A stretch of DNA of 64,000 bases from Candidatus Adlerbacteria bacterium (GTDB lineage: Bacteria > Patescibacteriota > Minisyncoccia > Phycocordibacterales > SBAW01): the NCBI GenBank assembly GCA_903851045.1, contig CAINNF010000023.1, forward strand, positions 202-64,201, written 5' to 3'. Positions 22,486 to 31,921 of the stretch are shown here, in pieces; position 1 is the first letter of the stretch, and each line of letters begins with the position of its first letter. The translations under genes were made by a program, and so were the position numbers. Below the pieces are notes generated by a model. It was not told the origin of the DNA. It ran no database searches and worked only from the letters and a program-made list of their open reading frames with translations.

Positions 22486-23018
22486 TAGGTCCGGACGGTC
22501 ATTGCATACGTAATGACCCCGCTGGCAGGAACCGAGAACGAGATCTTCTCTATATCGATGAGACGCAGACTGTGCTCGAGGTCTTGTACAAAGGCTATGA
22601 AATCATCGTAGTTCGCGGTGCCGACCGCGAACCCGATATCCATGGACCCGATCGGGTTAGCCGCCCCCGCATCCGCAGGAGCATCCTTTGACTGCGAAAT
22701 GTCACCGATATCGACGTTCGAAAGTACGAGATTGTGGTGTGCCGCGATACTGTTGATATTGATAATGAATCGGATATTGTCGACGTTCTCTGGAAGAATA
22801 CTCTGCAATTTATTAAGATCGGTCGTTGAGAACGAGTTCCGCTTGGCAAGCAACTGGTCGCGCACGGTATGTAGCTCTTTTGCTTTATTCAATGCATCAT
22901 CATACGAATTGTTCCGCATCTGCAGGTCCTTGATCTGCTGGTAGGTCGGGTTCGTGAACATAACGAACAATCCGATAGCTGCCGCGATAAGTATGAATGG
23001 TGCAAAAAGACGTGCCAT
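22473..23018 (-). CDS. PilO-like pilus assembly protein
   Basis: 181 aa. N-terminal TM helix, coiled-coil, then a periplasmic domain. Gene order is pilM-N-O. Confidence 0.5.
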   Translation of the reverse strand: MARLFAPFILIAAAIGLFVMFTNPTYQQIKDLQMRNNSYDDALNKAKELHTVRDQLLAKRNSFSTTDLNKLQSILPENVDNIRFIININSIAAHHNLVLSNVDIGDISQSKDAPADAGAANPIGSMDIGFAVGTANYDDFIAFVQDLEHSLRLIDIEKISFSVPASGVITYAMTVRTYWLH

Positions 23019-23021
23019 AGA

Positions 23022-23720
23022 TTATTGGGATGTGGGCAACCCCTGTGCCGCACTGTTCGTGGAAGCGGCGGCTGGTGTTGGAGCACTGTTCGATGGTGAT
23101 GGTGAAGGCGAAGGTGAAGCCCCTCCTGGCGACGTCGCGAGATTCTTCGCATAGCTTAACAATGAAGGATCAACATCGGCTCGTACGCTAAAGGTGACCT
23201 GACCAGCCCCATTGACCACGATACCTGAAAAGACGACATTCTTCAGTAACTTGCTCGCACCGAGTTGATCGCTTTGTAGTGCCACGGTCGCGAACCCGTC
23301 CGCAACACCGTTCAAACTGATACTCGCAGCCCCAGTATTTTGCAAATCGTAGGAAAAACTGGTGAATTGTACGTTCTGCAACGTTTGCTGGGCAAGAAAA
23401 TTGAAGACCGAGATCACGGTCGAGTGCTTTTGGAGCAAAGCTTCCGTGTTGTTGATACGGCTGTCGAGCCGCACGAGGTCTTGGATGGTAGAAGGGTCGA
23501 AGGCGGCTTCTGCCTTTTGCAGTGTATCGCTTTTGGTGACAATGGAACTTTGTAGAATATTTTTAAACACGAACGCTCCTCCTGCGGCACAGAGCGACGC
23601 GATAAAGAAAAGGATGGACACAAGCACAAAGAACATACCGAACGCAGCCCCGCTCGCGTGCATATTCGAACCAGTAAGCGGCTTCTTCGGTATGAACGAT
23701 GGTTGAACCTGAGTATCCAT
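23022..23720 (-). CDS. PilN-like pilus assembly protein with Ser/Pro-rich tail
   Basis: 232 aa. TM helix, then a coiled region. C-terminal PSPSPSPS low-complexity tail. Confidence 0.45.
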   Translation of the reverse strand: MDTQVQPSFIPKKPLTGSNMHASGAAFGMFFVLVSILFFIASLCAAGGAFVFKNILQSSIVTKSDTLQKAEAAFDPSTIQDLVRLDSRINNTEALLQKHSTVISVFNFLAQQTLQNVQFTSFSYDLQNTGAASISLNGVADGFATVALQSDQLGASKLLKNVVFSGIVVNGAGQVTFSVRADVDPSLLSYAKNLATSPGGASPSPSPSPSNSAPTPAAASTNSAAQGLPTSQ

Positions 23721-23791
23721 GTATTACCTAGTATATCCTTAATTGCAAGAAACCGTATGCACAATCCACATCCGCCACTCGATCCCCATCT

Positions 23792-26263
23792 CTACATCCC
23801 CGCTAACACTCCGCGTGTCAGTGGCCCGACGATACCAGTGGGATCGATATTGTGTGCCTTTTGGAATCGTATGACGGCCGCACGAGTCGCGGGACCGAAG
23901 GTCGTCGTCTCGTGTCCTAACGAGCCGGCACCCGTCGTCGCGATGCTGAAGCCAAGATGATTGAGCAGTTGTTGGAGCACGAGTACTTGCACGTCATGCA
24001 TGCCAAAGCTGAGACGTTTCGTGATACTCATAGAGATCTTCTCAGCGCTCGGAGAAGAGGTTAAGCCGGTCGTAGCAGTGGGCGCATTGAGATACACGAT
24101 ATGACCATCAGGATAGATGATCTGGAGGCGTGCGGTGAGCTGTTTGAAACTGGCCGAGGACGGAGCGAGCCCGCCACTGTCGACGATGAATCCGCCTCCA
24201 GCATGGAGGGTGTTCGTAACGGATACTGGCGCAGGCGTCACGGTGATAGTGCGCGTCGTCGATGTCGCGTTCCCCGCCGTGTCCGAAACGGTGTACGTGC
24301 GAGTGTAAGTACCCGCGGTCGTCGTGTCGAGCGTGCCTGTTGTGGTGATGAGTGCCGTGAGCGTGCCATCACGGGTGTCTTGTGCGTTCGCACCGGGGTC
24401 CGAGTAACTGCCCCCAGCGACGAGAGTGTCGGGATTGATGCCAAGGAGCGTGATAGTGGGCGCCGTCTTGTCGAATGTGACGGTACTGGCGTTGGTAGTG
24501 GCGGAGACGGTGGTCGTCGCGGAGCCGTCGGTGTTCCCTACGATTATGGAGAATGTGATACTCCCTTCCGTGTCCCCACTCGCGAGCGCAGCGGACGCGC
24601 TCCACGAATTGCCGCCCGTATTGAGTATGGTCGCTGTGTGTACACCAATAGTGCCCGTTGGGGTGACGAGCGCCACCTGGTCGGAGGTAAAGGAGACCGT
24701 GACCGTATCGCCCACTTTAGCGAGCGTCGTGGAGGCGTTGCTGGAGGTGACGGTGACGGGGGTGACGACCGGGGTGCCGTAGAAGAGCCAGTTGGTGTTG
24801 TTGGTACTGTTGGTGCCGTGCAGACCAGCGGTCGCGATGGGCGTACTGTTGGTATTGTTGGAATCCTCCACATCGAGGTACGAGAGGGTGCGAGTACTCT
24901 GTGGATTTATCTTCCATTGCGTGCCGGTGGAGGAAGAGCGTAGGGAGAGAATGTTGCTTGCCGCACCCTGCGCTGTCCAGGTGTTCGTAACCGTTTGTGT
25001 TTGGTTCGCACTGAAGGTAAGGGTGTCGGTGGTGGCGGTCGTCTTGGTAAGATTGTAGAAGGTGGATGTTCCCGTGATCTGTTGGTTGGTTCCGTTGAGC
25101 GTGACGGTGCTCGTGCGCGGCACAAAAAGGTTGGTGCCACCCTGCCAATGACCCGCGAGCGTGATCGGGCAGGACACACCTGCGCAACCATTCGTCGAAG
25201 CGTCCAATGTACCGGAGGTGAGTGCAAGATTGCCAGAGAGTGAAAGACCCGATCCCACGAGCGTAAGGGTCTGTGCACCAACGTTGACGGTTACGTTCTT
25301 CAGTAGTGTGCCAGGACTCGTCGTGGCAAAGCTCGGGCCAGTCGTGCCAGCGAACGTGAGCGTACCGGTGTGCGTAAAGGTGCCCGCGGTCTGATTAAAG
25401 TTACCGTTGACCGTGATATTGGTCGAGGTTGCCCAACTGCCGCTGCCGGTAAAGGAGAGGTTAGCGTACGTGGCACCCGCCTTCAGAGCGTTGTAGATGC
25501 CCGAGCCATAGTATTCGACGGTCGAACCGGTGTTCAGTGTCGGGGTAGAGACCGACTCATTACCCTGCAAACGTAGGGTGCCTGTGGAGGAGACGGTGAC
25601 ACCGCCTGAGGGCGTGAAGGGGAACCCATTAAGGTTTAACGTTCCGCTGACCATGAGGGGGACGGGAGTCGTCGTCATTCCCGAGAGTGTCGCGGCGCAG
25701 CCCGTACCAAGAGTGAAGCTCTGGTTGGCGTTGGTCATAGCAAGATTCACCAACCCGGGAAAGCTGCCTATGCAGCTGATGTTATTTGTTGCATAAAAGT
25801 TATTACTCGCAAAGCTCACCACTCGTGTGCTCGAGGCGTTATAGGCCCCCAAGATCGTGACATCTGACGTGCCAGTGAGCGTTGTTGTTCCTGTCCCTGC
25901 ATTAAGAATGCCGCCGCCGTTGATAGTTATATTGCCGCCTACGGTAACGGTGGTGCCAAAATTAACGACCCCTCCATTATTGATGGTGAGGTCACTCATA
26001 GTGGTCGCTGAGCCGAAGCGGATCGTGCCATTGTCGACAAAATTCTTTGAGCTGTTCGTCGTGTCTGTCGTGTTGATGGTACATCCGGCACCAATAGTCA
26101 CCGTACCGCTGCTAGCAAAGCTCACCAAACCGGGGAAGGTGCCGACACAATTGAATGGAGCGCTGTAGATGTCAGGGAAACTCAACGTCACGCCGGTCGC
26201 GTTAAATGTACCTCCTGTATTTTGAGTATACCCATTACCTGTTGCGCTACCATAGAACGACAT
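23792..26263 (-). CDS. large repetitive surface protein, C-terminal portion, with C-terminal peptidoglycan-binding domain
   Basis: 823 aa, Thr/Gly/Ser/Asn-rich β-repeats (FPDIYS..GTFPG..GAGCTINT). C-terminal PG_binding_1-like helices (LVLQQLLNHLGF...AVIRFQKAHNIDPTG). Probably continuous with 26247..27059 across a frameshift. Confidence 0.55.
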   Translation of the reverse strand: MSFYGSATGNGYTQNTGGTFNATGVTLSFPDIYSAPFNCVGTFPGLVSFASSGTVTIGAGCTINTTDTTNSSKNFVDNGTIRFGSATTMSDLTINNGGVVNFGTTVTVGGNITINGGGILNAGTGTTTLTGTSDVTILGAYNASSTRVVSFASNNFYATNNISCIGSFPGLVNLAMTNANQSFTLGTGCAATLSGMTTTPVPLMVSGTLNLNGFPFTPSGGVTVSSTGTLRLQGNESVSTPTLNTGSTVEYYGSGIYNALKAGATYANLSFTGSGSWATSTNITVNGNFNQTAGTFTHTGTLTFAGTTGPSFATTSPGTLLKNVTVNVGAQTLTLVGSGLSLSGNLALTSGTLDASTNGCAGVSCPITLAGHWQGGTNLFVPRTSTVTLNGTNQQITGTSTFYNLTKTTATTDTLTFSANQTQTVTNTWTAQGAASNILSLRSSSTGTQWKINPQSTRTLSYLDVEDSNNTNSTPIATAGLHGTNSTNNTNWLFYGTPVVTPVTVTSSNASTTLAKVGDTVTVSFTSDQVALVTPTGTIGVHTATILNTGGNSWSASAALASGDTEGSITFSIIVGNTDGSATTTVSATTNASTVTFDKTAPTITLLGINPDTLVAGGSYSDPGANAQDTRDGTLTALITTTGTLDTTTAGTYTRTYTVSDTAGNATSTTRTITVTPAPVSVTNTLHAGGGFIVDSGGLAPSSASFKQLTARLQIIYPDGHIVYLNAPTATTGLTSSPSAEKISMSITKRLSFGMHDVQVLVLQQLLNHLGFSIATTGAGSLGHETTTFGPATRAAVIRFQKAHNIDPTGIVGPLTRGVLAGM

Positions 26264-27059
26264 GGGTGGTGCCGGACGTGGTCACAGTGCCGCCGTTATT
26301 GATAGTGAGACCACCAAGAACAACGGTCGTACCAAAGTGGACGGTACCGTTGACTGCGAAGACGGGATGCGTGCCTCCGCCAGCAGTGCCGGTAGTATCC
26401 GCGGTATTGATGGTGCAGCCAGCACCGACAGTTAGTCCTCCGTTACCGGTCACACTCACTGTCCCAGGGAAGGTACCGGTGCAGGTAAAAACACTACCGC
26501 TGTAAATGTCAGGAAACTGCATAACTCGCGTACTCGAAGCATTATAGGTACTGCCCGTACTATTAAAACTCTGACCATTCATAAAAGCAGTGGTTCCTGC
26601 ACCCGCATTAACCACACCTCCGGAGACAATGAGACTACCTGACCACATAGTAAGTCCGCTCGTCCCCTGGTCGAACGTACCTGCCGCCTGAGTAAACGAG
26701 GTATTGATGGTCATATCACGCTGCTGCACAATCGTGCCAGTGTAGCCGGTGTTGATTGAGAAGCCATAGATAGTACTCGGTGCGGAGCTGTCGATAATTG
26801 AGTCTTTGGTCGAGGTATTATTGAAGACGACCGAGTCGCCCGAACCAGGGCAAGAACCGCCGACCCAGTTGGCGCAGTCCGACCAGTTTTTCGTCGCGCC
26901 CCCTCCGCCCCAGGTGATGGTCGCAGCATGCGCAGCAGACGGCATATATGCAGCCGAAAGAACAAGCAGCACAGCGCCAAGCAACAGCCTTGCCACCACA
27001 ACAAGGGCCATCTTTTTATCAAACGCAGTGAATATCATATCGATCCTTAGTTCTAACAC
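26247..27059 (-). pseudogene. N-terminal portion (signal peptide + first repeats) of the large surface protein; apparent frameshift
   Basis: Signal peptide MALVVVARLLLGAVLLVLSAAYMPSAAHA. Same repeat family as the downstream ORF. Overlaps it by 17 nt in a different frame. Either a pseudogene or a sequencing indel. Confidence 0.45.
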
Positions 27060-27061
27060 GA

Positions 27062-28183
27062 CTACCCCATCTCCTGGAGGCGACGCAATGCTAACCCGAC
27101 CGCGACCGAGAATTCGGGACCCGCTTCCTTGAGGATCTTCTCGAGAAAGGCTGGCGCTTGCGATTTGCTGAAGGGATCCGCCAAGAACACTTCGGTCGGG
27201 ATCTTACCCTGCGCATACTCGAGCATCCCCTTGAGCCCTGCACCGCCCCCGGTCAGCACCAACTGACTGATCGACTGGTTGAGCCGCGACTCGTACGCCG
27301 CGATGGTGCGCGACAGTTCGGACAGCAGCGGACTCAGTGACAGGGTGAACGACTCAGCAAGCTTCGCCTCTGCGGGGATAGTGTTGTCGGTCGCGCCGAG
27401 TCCGAACTTGCGCTTCCACTCCTCGGCCTGCGTCACCGAGACGCCGAGCGCCCGAGACGCCGACAGCGTGAGATCCTGACTGCCGTGACTGATGATATGA
27501 CTCTCGCGGATGAGCCCTCGTTCGACGACATAGAACTTGGTCGTTGCGGCGCCCATATCAACGACCGCGACTGGCGCGATTCCGTGTTCGAGGGCGGCAC
27601 GCACCGCACTGAACACCTCTATTTCGAAGAATGCGACCGTGAGTCCCGCATCGCTCGCTATGTCTCGAAACTTCGCGATTGTGTCGTTATGTATCGCGAC
27701 CAAAAGCACCTCGATCTTTCCGGTCGGTTCGGTCTTACTGTCGGCACCGACCACGAACCAGTCGAGCATCACCTCGTTGATAGGTACGGGGATATACTTG
27801 CGCGCTTCGATCGGCACCACTTGGGCGAGCTGCTTCTCCACCGATGCAGGTAGCTTGAGTATGGATATGAGACTGGATGCATAGGGAATGGAGAGCGACG
27901 CGTTCTGGACCGTCACGTTCGCTTCGCGGATGACATCTTTGAGCGCTTCTGCTATCTTCTCGGCAGGCAAAGAGGTCGCCCGGCCGATCTCGACGCCTGC
28001 GTAGGGCCCGAGCGCTATGGCGCCGTACGTTTCCAGGAGTACTCGGCCATGCTCGCGTTTGAGCTGCACCACCTTGATAGAAGAGGTGCCGATGTCTACG
28101 CCAAGCACGCTGCTGGATTCTTTTTGAAAGAATGTTGAGAGATTAAACGCCATACGAAGGAGCTGTACAAAATAGTATATCAC
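27062..28183 (-). CDS. pilM: type IV pilus assembly protein PilM (actin-like ATPase)
   Basis: LGVDIGTSSIKVVQL N-terminal motif with an FtsA/actin-like fold. Alternative start MAFNLS at 28153. Confidence 0.8.
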   Translation of the reverse strand: MIYYFVQLLRMAFNLSTFFQKESSSVLGVDIGTSSIKVVQLKREHGRVLLETYGAIALGPYAGVEIGRATSLPAEKIAEALKDVIREANVTVQNASLSIPYASSLISILKLPASVEKQLAQVVPIEARKYIPVPINEVMLDWFVVGADSKTEPTGKIEVLLVAIHNDTIAKFRDIASDAGLTVAFFEIEVFSAVRAALEHGIAPVAVVDMGAATTKFYVVERGLIRESHIISHGSQDLTLSASRALGVSVTQAEEWKRKFGLGATDNTIPAEAKLAESFTLSLSPLLSELSRTIAAYESRLNQSISQLVLTGGGAGLKGMLEYAQGKIPTEVFLADPFSKSQAPAFLEKILKEAGPEFSVAVGLALRRLQEMG

Positions 28184-28185
28184 CT

Positions 28186-28806
28186 ATGACCCGCCTCTTT
28201 TTACAGTTCTTTTCATACCTGCGCGATACGCTTGTCCCACAGCGACGAACCGAGCGCCTGATCGCGCCGCTCACACAGGAAGACGTGTTGGACTTGCGAG
28301 ATCCACGCACAGGCGCGCTCCCCTACCAGGACGAGCGTGTGCGTGCGCTCGTGTGGGAGGTGAAATACTACGCTAACCACCATGCGGTATCTTTGTGCGG
28401 TCCGGTCCTCGCCGAAGCGCTGTTGGGGGTCGGCAGCGAGTCGCTCGGTACACCGCTACTCATACCTGTCCCTATACATCCATCACGCCGCAAAAAGCGC
28501 GGACACAACCAGACCGAACTGCTCGCCCGGGCGGCGCTCGCCCACACGGGCGACTCGTTCGAATATGCGCCCGACCTGCTCATTCGCACACGCACCACCA
28601 CCCAACAACAAGGTCTGCCGCGGCACACACGCCAGACCAACGTCGCGCGGTCGATGGCAGTCGTCCATCCAGAACGAGTGAGGGGTCGCTCTTGTGTCGT
28701 GCTTGATGATGTCATGACGACTGGCGCGACACTTGCAGAGGCTGCACGTGCACTACACGCGGCTGGCGCGTGCAGTGTCGAGTTCGTCGCACTAGCTCAC
28801 TCCTGA
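28186..28806 (+). CDS. comFC: ComF-family phosphoribosyltransferase (competence protein ComFC)
   Basis: 206 aa. PRTase motif VVLDDVMTTGATL. Divergent from pilM. Confidence 0.8.
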   Translation: MTRLFLQFFSYLRDTLVPQRRTERLIAPLTQEDVLDLRDPRTGALPYQDERVRALVWEVKYYANHHAVSLCGPVLAEALLGVGSESLGTPLLIPVPIHPSRRKKRGHNQTELLARAALAHTGDSFEYAPDLLIRTRTTTQQQGLPRHTRQTNVARSMAVVHPERVRGRSCVVLDDVMTTGATLAEAARALHAAGACSVEFVALAHS

Positions 28807-28831
28807 CAGTGCTCCTTCGTGACCATCGTGG

Positions 28832-30091
28832 TCACGGTTTGGTGTAGTGATCGACGATCTTGACCAGGCGCGCTCGCACTCGCTCGGTGAAGGACAGCTG
28901 CCGGGTCAGGTGCGCGAACAGGTGTCGCTCGGTGCCCGGCATACCCTCAGGGACCTCTTGGTATTCGAACGAAAGACATTCTTTCAACCGAGCCGTCACC
29001 GCTTCCCGCGTCGGGATGATCTGTTTTTGGAGTAGGAGCCCCGCATTGACCCGAAAAAGTTCGCGCATACCCGGCGTTTCGTTCATGGTACGGATTGCCG
29101 AAACAATGGTGTCGGCGGTAGGTCGCGAGACGAGAAAACCATTGACATTGTTGTTCAATAGCCGCTCCGACACGACACTGTGCGTGGCTATCACCGGTGC
29201 TAGACCGGTCGCCACCACCCGAACGAGCATCGTATCTTCCGCCTCGCCACCGTTGAGGTATAGGAAGGCATTCGCGTTCGTGAACGGTAGGGACCCGAGC
29301 GGTACGACCTCGAAACGGATCCAGCTTTGTGCCCTCCAACGTTCCACTTCGGTACGTTGACCGAGCGTCGGCGCCCGGTCGAGCATGACGACGAGTCCGG
29401 ACTTCGGATAGGTTTGACGAAGCATCGACATGGATTCGAGCATCAAACCGAGGGTGCCACTCCCTCGCGGCACATAGTGCAACACGATGAAGTTGAACTC
29501 GGGATACCGCTGTTTGATATCCGTAGTGGTGCCGACTCGTGGCGCGACGTATATTTCTGGGAACGGCAGTATCTTCGACCGTTCTTCGTCGGTACTGGCC
29601 GCATGTTGGGTATAGATGGTCACTCGTTCGGAGAATGTAATGATGCGAAACGCGTTCTTAAACAGGTCCTTCAGGGGTACGACGGTATACCTCCTGAACA
29701 ATCGCCATAACGAGGGCTCGATGTCCCAATAAAAGTCGTGGAGCGCGACCATCCACACACGTCCGTACCGTGCGGCGACAGACAGTCCGAGCCAGCCCGC
29801 CATGCCGGCATCATCGGAAAGTATGACGTCCGCATGTAACTCGTCTTGCCAGAGCACTTGGTGACGGATGACCGATCGTCCATCGATATAGAACAGGAAT
29901 CGAAAAAAGGAGTTCGTTGGATATATCCATGTATGCTCGTTCAGTTTTTGGTTTTGGAACCCTCGCGAACGTTTCGCGAACACGACCACATGGAGCGACT
30001 CGGAAACATCGCTCATCATCTTGAGCAATTCGCGCTGCTCGCTCGTCTCTTCCAGATACCGATCATCCGGGGTAATGAATAGTATGTGCAT
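28832..30091 (-). CDS. glycosyltransferase family 1 (GT4-like)
   Basis: Start MHILFITPDDRY (ATG 30091). GT-B architecture. C-terminal donor-binding region (FLYLNGGEAEDTMLVRVVATGLAPVIAT). Confidence 0.6.
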   Translation of the reverse strand: MHILFITPDDRYLEETSEQRELLKMMSDVSESLHVVVFAKRSRGFQNQKLNEHTWIYPTNSFFRFLFYIDGRSVIRHQVLWQDELHADVILSDDAGMAGWLGLSVAARYGRVWMVALHDFYWDIEPSLWRLFRRYTVVPLKDLFKNAFRIITFSERVTIYTQHAASTDEERSKILPFPEIYVAPRVGTTTDIKQRYPEFNFIVLHYVPRGSGTLGLMLESMSMLRQTYPKSGLVVMLDRAPTLGQRTEVERWRAQSWIRFEVVPLGSLPFTNANAFLYLNGGEAEDTMLVRVVATGLAPVIATHSVVSERLLNNNVNGFLVSRPTADTIVSAIRTMNETPGMRELFRVNAGLLLQKQIIPTREAVTARLKECLSFEYQEVPEGMPGTERHLFAHLTRQLSFTERVRARLVKIVDHYTKP

Positions 30092-30156
30092 ACACCCCAA
30101 GTATGACAGAAACAAACGTTTTTAGCGCGACCGTAAGTCACACCCTCCGGTCGTAC

Positions 30157-30186
30157 AAAAAAGACCGCCCTTATAGGGCGGAGTTG
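30157..30186 (-). terminator. rho-independent terminator of the small gene 30192..30392
   Basis: Minus strand reads ccgccct-ATAA-gggcgg followed by TCTTTTTTGT, immediately after the stop codon. Confidence 0.5.
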
Positions 30187-30191
30187 GGAAC

Positions 30192-30392
30192 CTAGCGGAT
30201 CGGCTTGGTGTCGATTGGCTGAGCATGAGACACTGCACCTGGTTTCGTCTCCCCCGCTCCGTTCGACAGCTTTTTGTTCGGCATGACCGAAGGGTGGGGT
30301 GGCTGGACCTGAGCTTCCATCATCTGACGCAGCGTGTAATAGTAATCGATATCGGGAGGACTTGGCATCGGCGTGCCGGATGTATCGTTCAT
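30192..30392 (-). CDS. small Pro-rich hypothetical protein (66 aa)
   Basis: ATG preceded by GAGGGGG. Own terminator directly downstream. Confidence 0.35.
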   Translation of the reverse strand: MNDTSGTPMPSPPDIDYYYTLRQMMEAQVQPPHPSVMPNKKLSNGAGETKPGAVSHAQPIDTKPIR

Positions 30393-30534
30393 GACCCCCT
30401 CGTCTGCGACTTCGCTACAACGTGTGTACATCGGCCTTTGTTCTACACGAACCCCTGTGTGTGGTCAATGATCAGATGCGGAAAAATCCCAAGTAGTGTA
30501 AGGTAATCTAGTGTCCCACGAGTGCGAAAACGAA

Positions 30535-30623
30535 GGAGAGGTGCCAGAGCGGTCGAATGGAGCAACCTGCTAAGTTGTTGACTGGGTAACCGGTCCGAGG
30601 GTTCGAATCCCTCCCTCTCCGCA
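30535..30623 (+). tRNA. tRNA-Ser (GCT)
   Basis: Type II tRNA: GGAGAGG acceptor, D stem CCA/TGG, anticodon arm GCAAC-CTGCTAA-GTTGT (anticodon GCT), long variable arm, T arm GAGGG-TTCGAAT-CCCTC. CCA is not encoded. Confidence 0.85.
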
Positions 30624-30693
30624 GCTAGAATTTTGTATCGAACACACGGTGGAACTCAGAGTGCCTGGTTATCTTTGCTAGATCAAAAAACGC

Positions 30694-30722
30694 CGCCGAC
30701 TCTTCGGAGTCGGCGGCGCGTA
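30694..30722 (-). terminator. rho-independent terminator of 30727..31293
   Basis: cgccgccgactc-ttcg-gagtcggcggcg. On the minus strand it is followed by TTTTTTGAT. Confidence 0.55.
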
Positions 30723-30726
30723 TCGA

Positions 30727-31293
30727 TCAATGCTCGGTCCTTGTAGGAGGTGCTAGGGTCTCCCCTTCACCTAATACCACCGACTCGAACATCTCCTGGA
30801 CCGTTGTTGCACGTGACGGTCCCGTGAGAACCTCGACCGCTTCGCCAAAGATCTTGTCCATCATCTGGACCGATTCCGGCGGCAAACTTGGTATCGCTTC
30901 CGAGAAGTTCTTCAACCACACTGCCGCACCTTCGACGCCACCTCGCGTCCCGACCAAGATGTCAGGACACGAGAAGAGAAACATAACGGTCTCCGCGGTC
31001 GGCTCTGGCGCATCGCCAGGGACAAGGCGCCGGCGTAAACTAAGATTGAACGACATGGTCACACCATGCTCTTGTTCCGTGAAGCGCAGCAGCTCGATGA
31101 ATCGCACCAGGTTCGGACATGCGACCTGTGCATACACCGCACCGAGCCGAATAAATTCTTCTTCGGGTGTTCTCGGCGCGTTCGGATTGGCGTACCCGAA
31201 TACCGCCACCACCTGCGGCCAAGTTCCTTCCGCCAGCCGCCGTCGAGCGCCTTCGGCGATGCGCCGATGATCTTCTTTTTCATCCACTTCCAT
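30727..31293 (-). CDS. hypothetical protein
   Basis: 188-aa ORF. Terminator downstream. No recognisable motif. Confidence 0.5.
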   Translation of the reverse strand: MEVDEKEDHRRIAEGARRRLAEGTWPQVVAVFGYANPNAPRTPEEEFIRLGAVYAQVACPNLVRFIELLRFTEQEHGVTMSFNLSLRRRLVPGDAPEPTAETVMFLFSCPDILVGTRGGVEGAAVWLKNFSEAIPSLPPESVQMMDKIFGEAVEVLTGPSRATTVQEMFESVVLGEGETLAPPTRTEH

Positions 31294-31536
31294 GGGTAGG
31301 CTCCCAACTAGAATTTGCCAAAGACCTTAGTTTGTGGTGAGAATACCGGATAGATCCATATATGACAAGCGGTGCTTACAAACCGCTCAACTTGGCAACA
31401 CGGATCGTGTGGCACTCATCACGTCGCGTATCGGTTCCTTCTTTTTTCCACAAGCCCCTCTGATCGTACCAAAACGTACCCTCCGGGATGCTGGGGTCTC
31501 GCAAGACCGATAAAAAACCGAGTATACTAATAGGGC

Positions 31537-31920
31537 ATGAAACTAGGACGACTCGTCGCTCGGTACTTCGCATGGCACTACAGCACCGCCTTTGTCGACC
31601 TGTGGCGCGTTTGCACCAACTTTTTGTGGTTCATCTACAACCTCTTCTCCATCTCCTTTCTGCTGGGGACATTGTTCGACCCGTTCGAGCGCATCCGCGC
31701 GGAACATGTCGAGGGAGACATGGGCGACTTCTTTTCGGCGCTCGTCGCCAACACACTCATGCGCATCGTCGGTGCCGTTACCCGACTGTTCGTCATCGTG
31801 ATAGGCATCATACTACTTATCGTCACCCTCATGCTCAGCGTATGCGCCTTCGTCGTGTGGCCCCTGGTGCCGTTCATCATCGTCATCTTACTCACGCTCG
31901 GTATCCCCTTGCTCGCCTAA
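31537..31920 (+). CDS. hypothetical membrane protein (3-4 TM)
   Basis: 127 aa, hydrophobic. Stop is 1 nt before the start of the Clp-like ATPase gene (co-transcribed). Confidence 0.5.
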   Translation: MKLGRLVARYFAWHYSTAFVDLWRVCTNFLWFIYNLFSISFLLGTLFDPFERIRAEHVEGDMGDFFSALVANTLMRIVGAVTRLFVIVIGIILLIVTLMLSVCAFVVWPLVPFIIVILLTLGIPLLA

Positions 31921-31921
31921 T

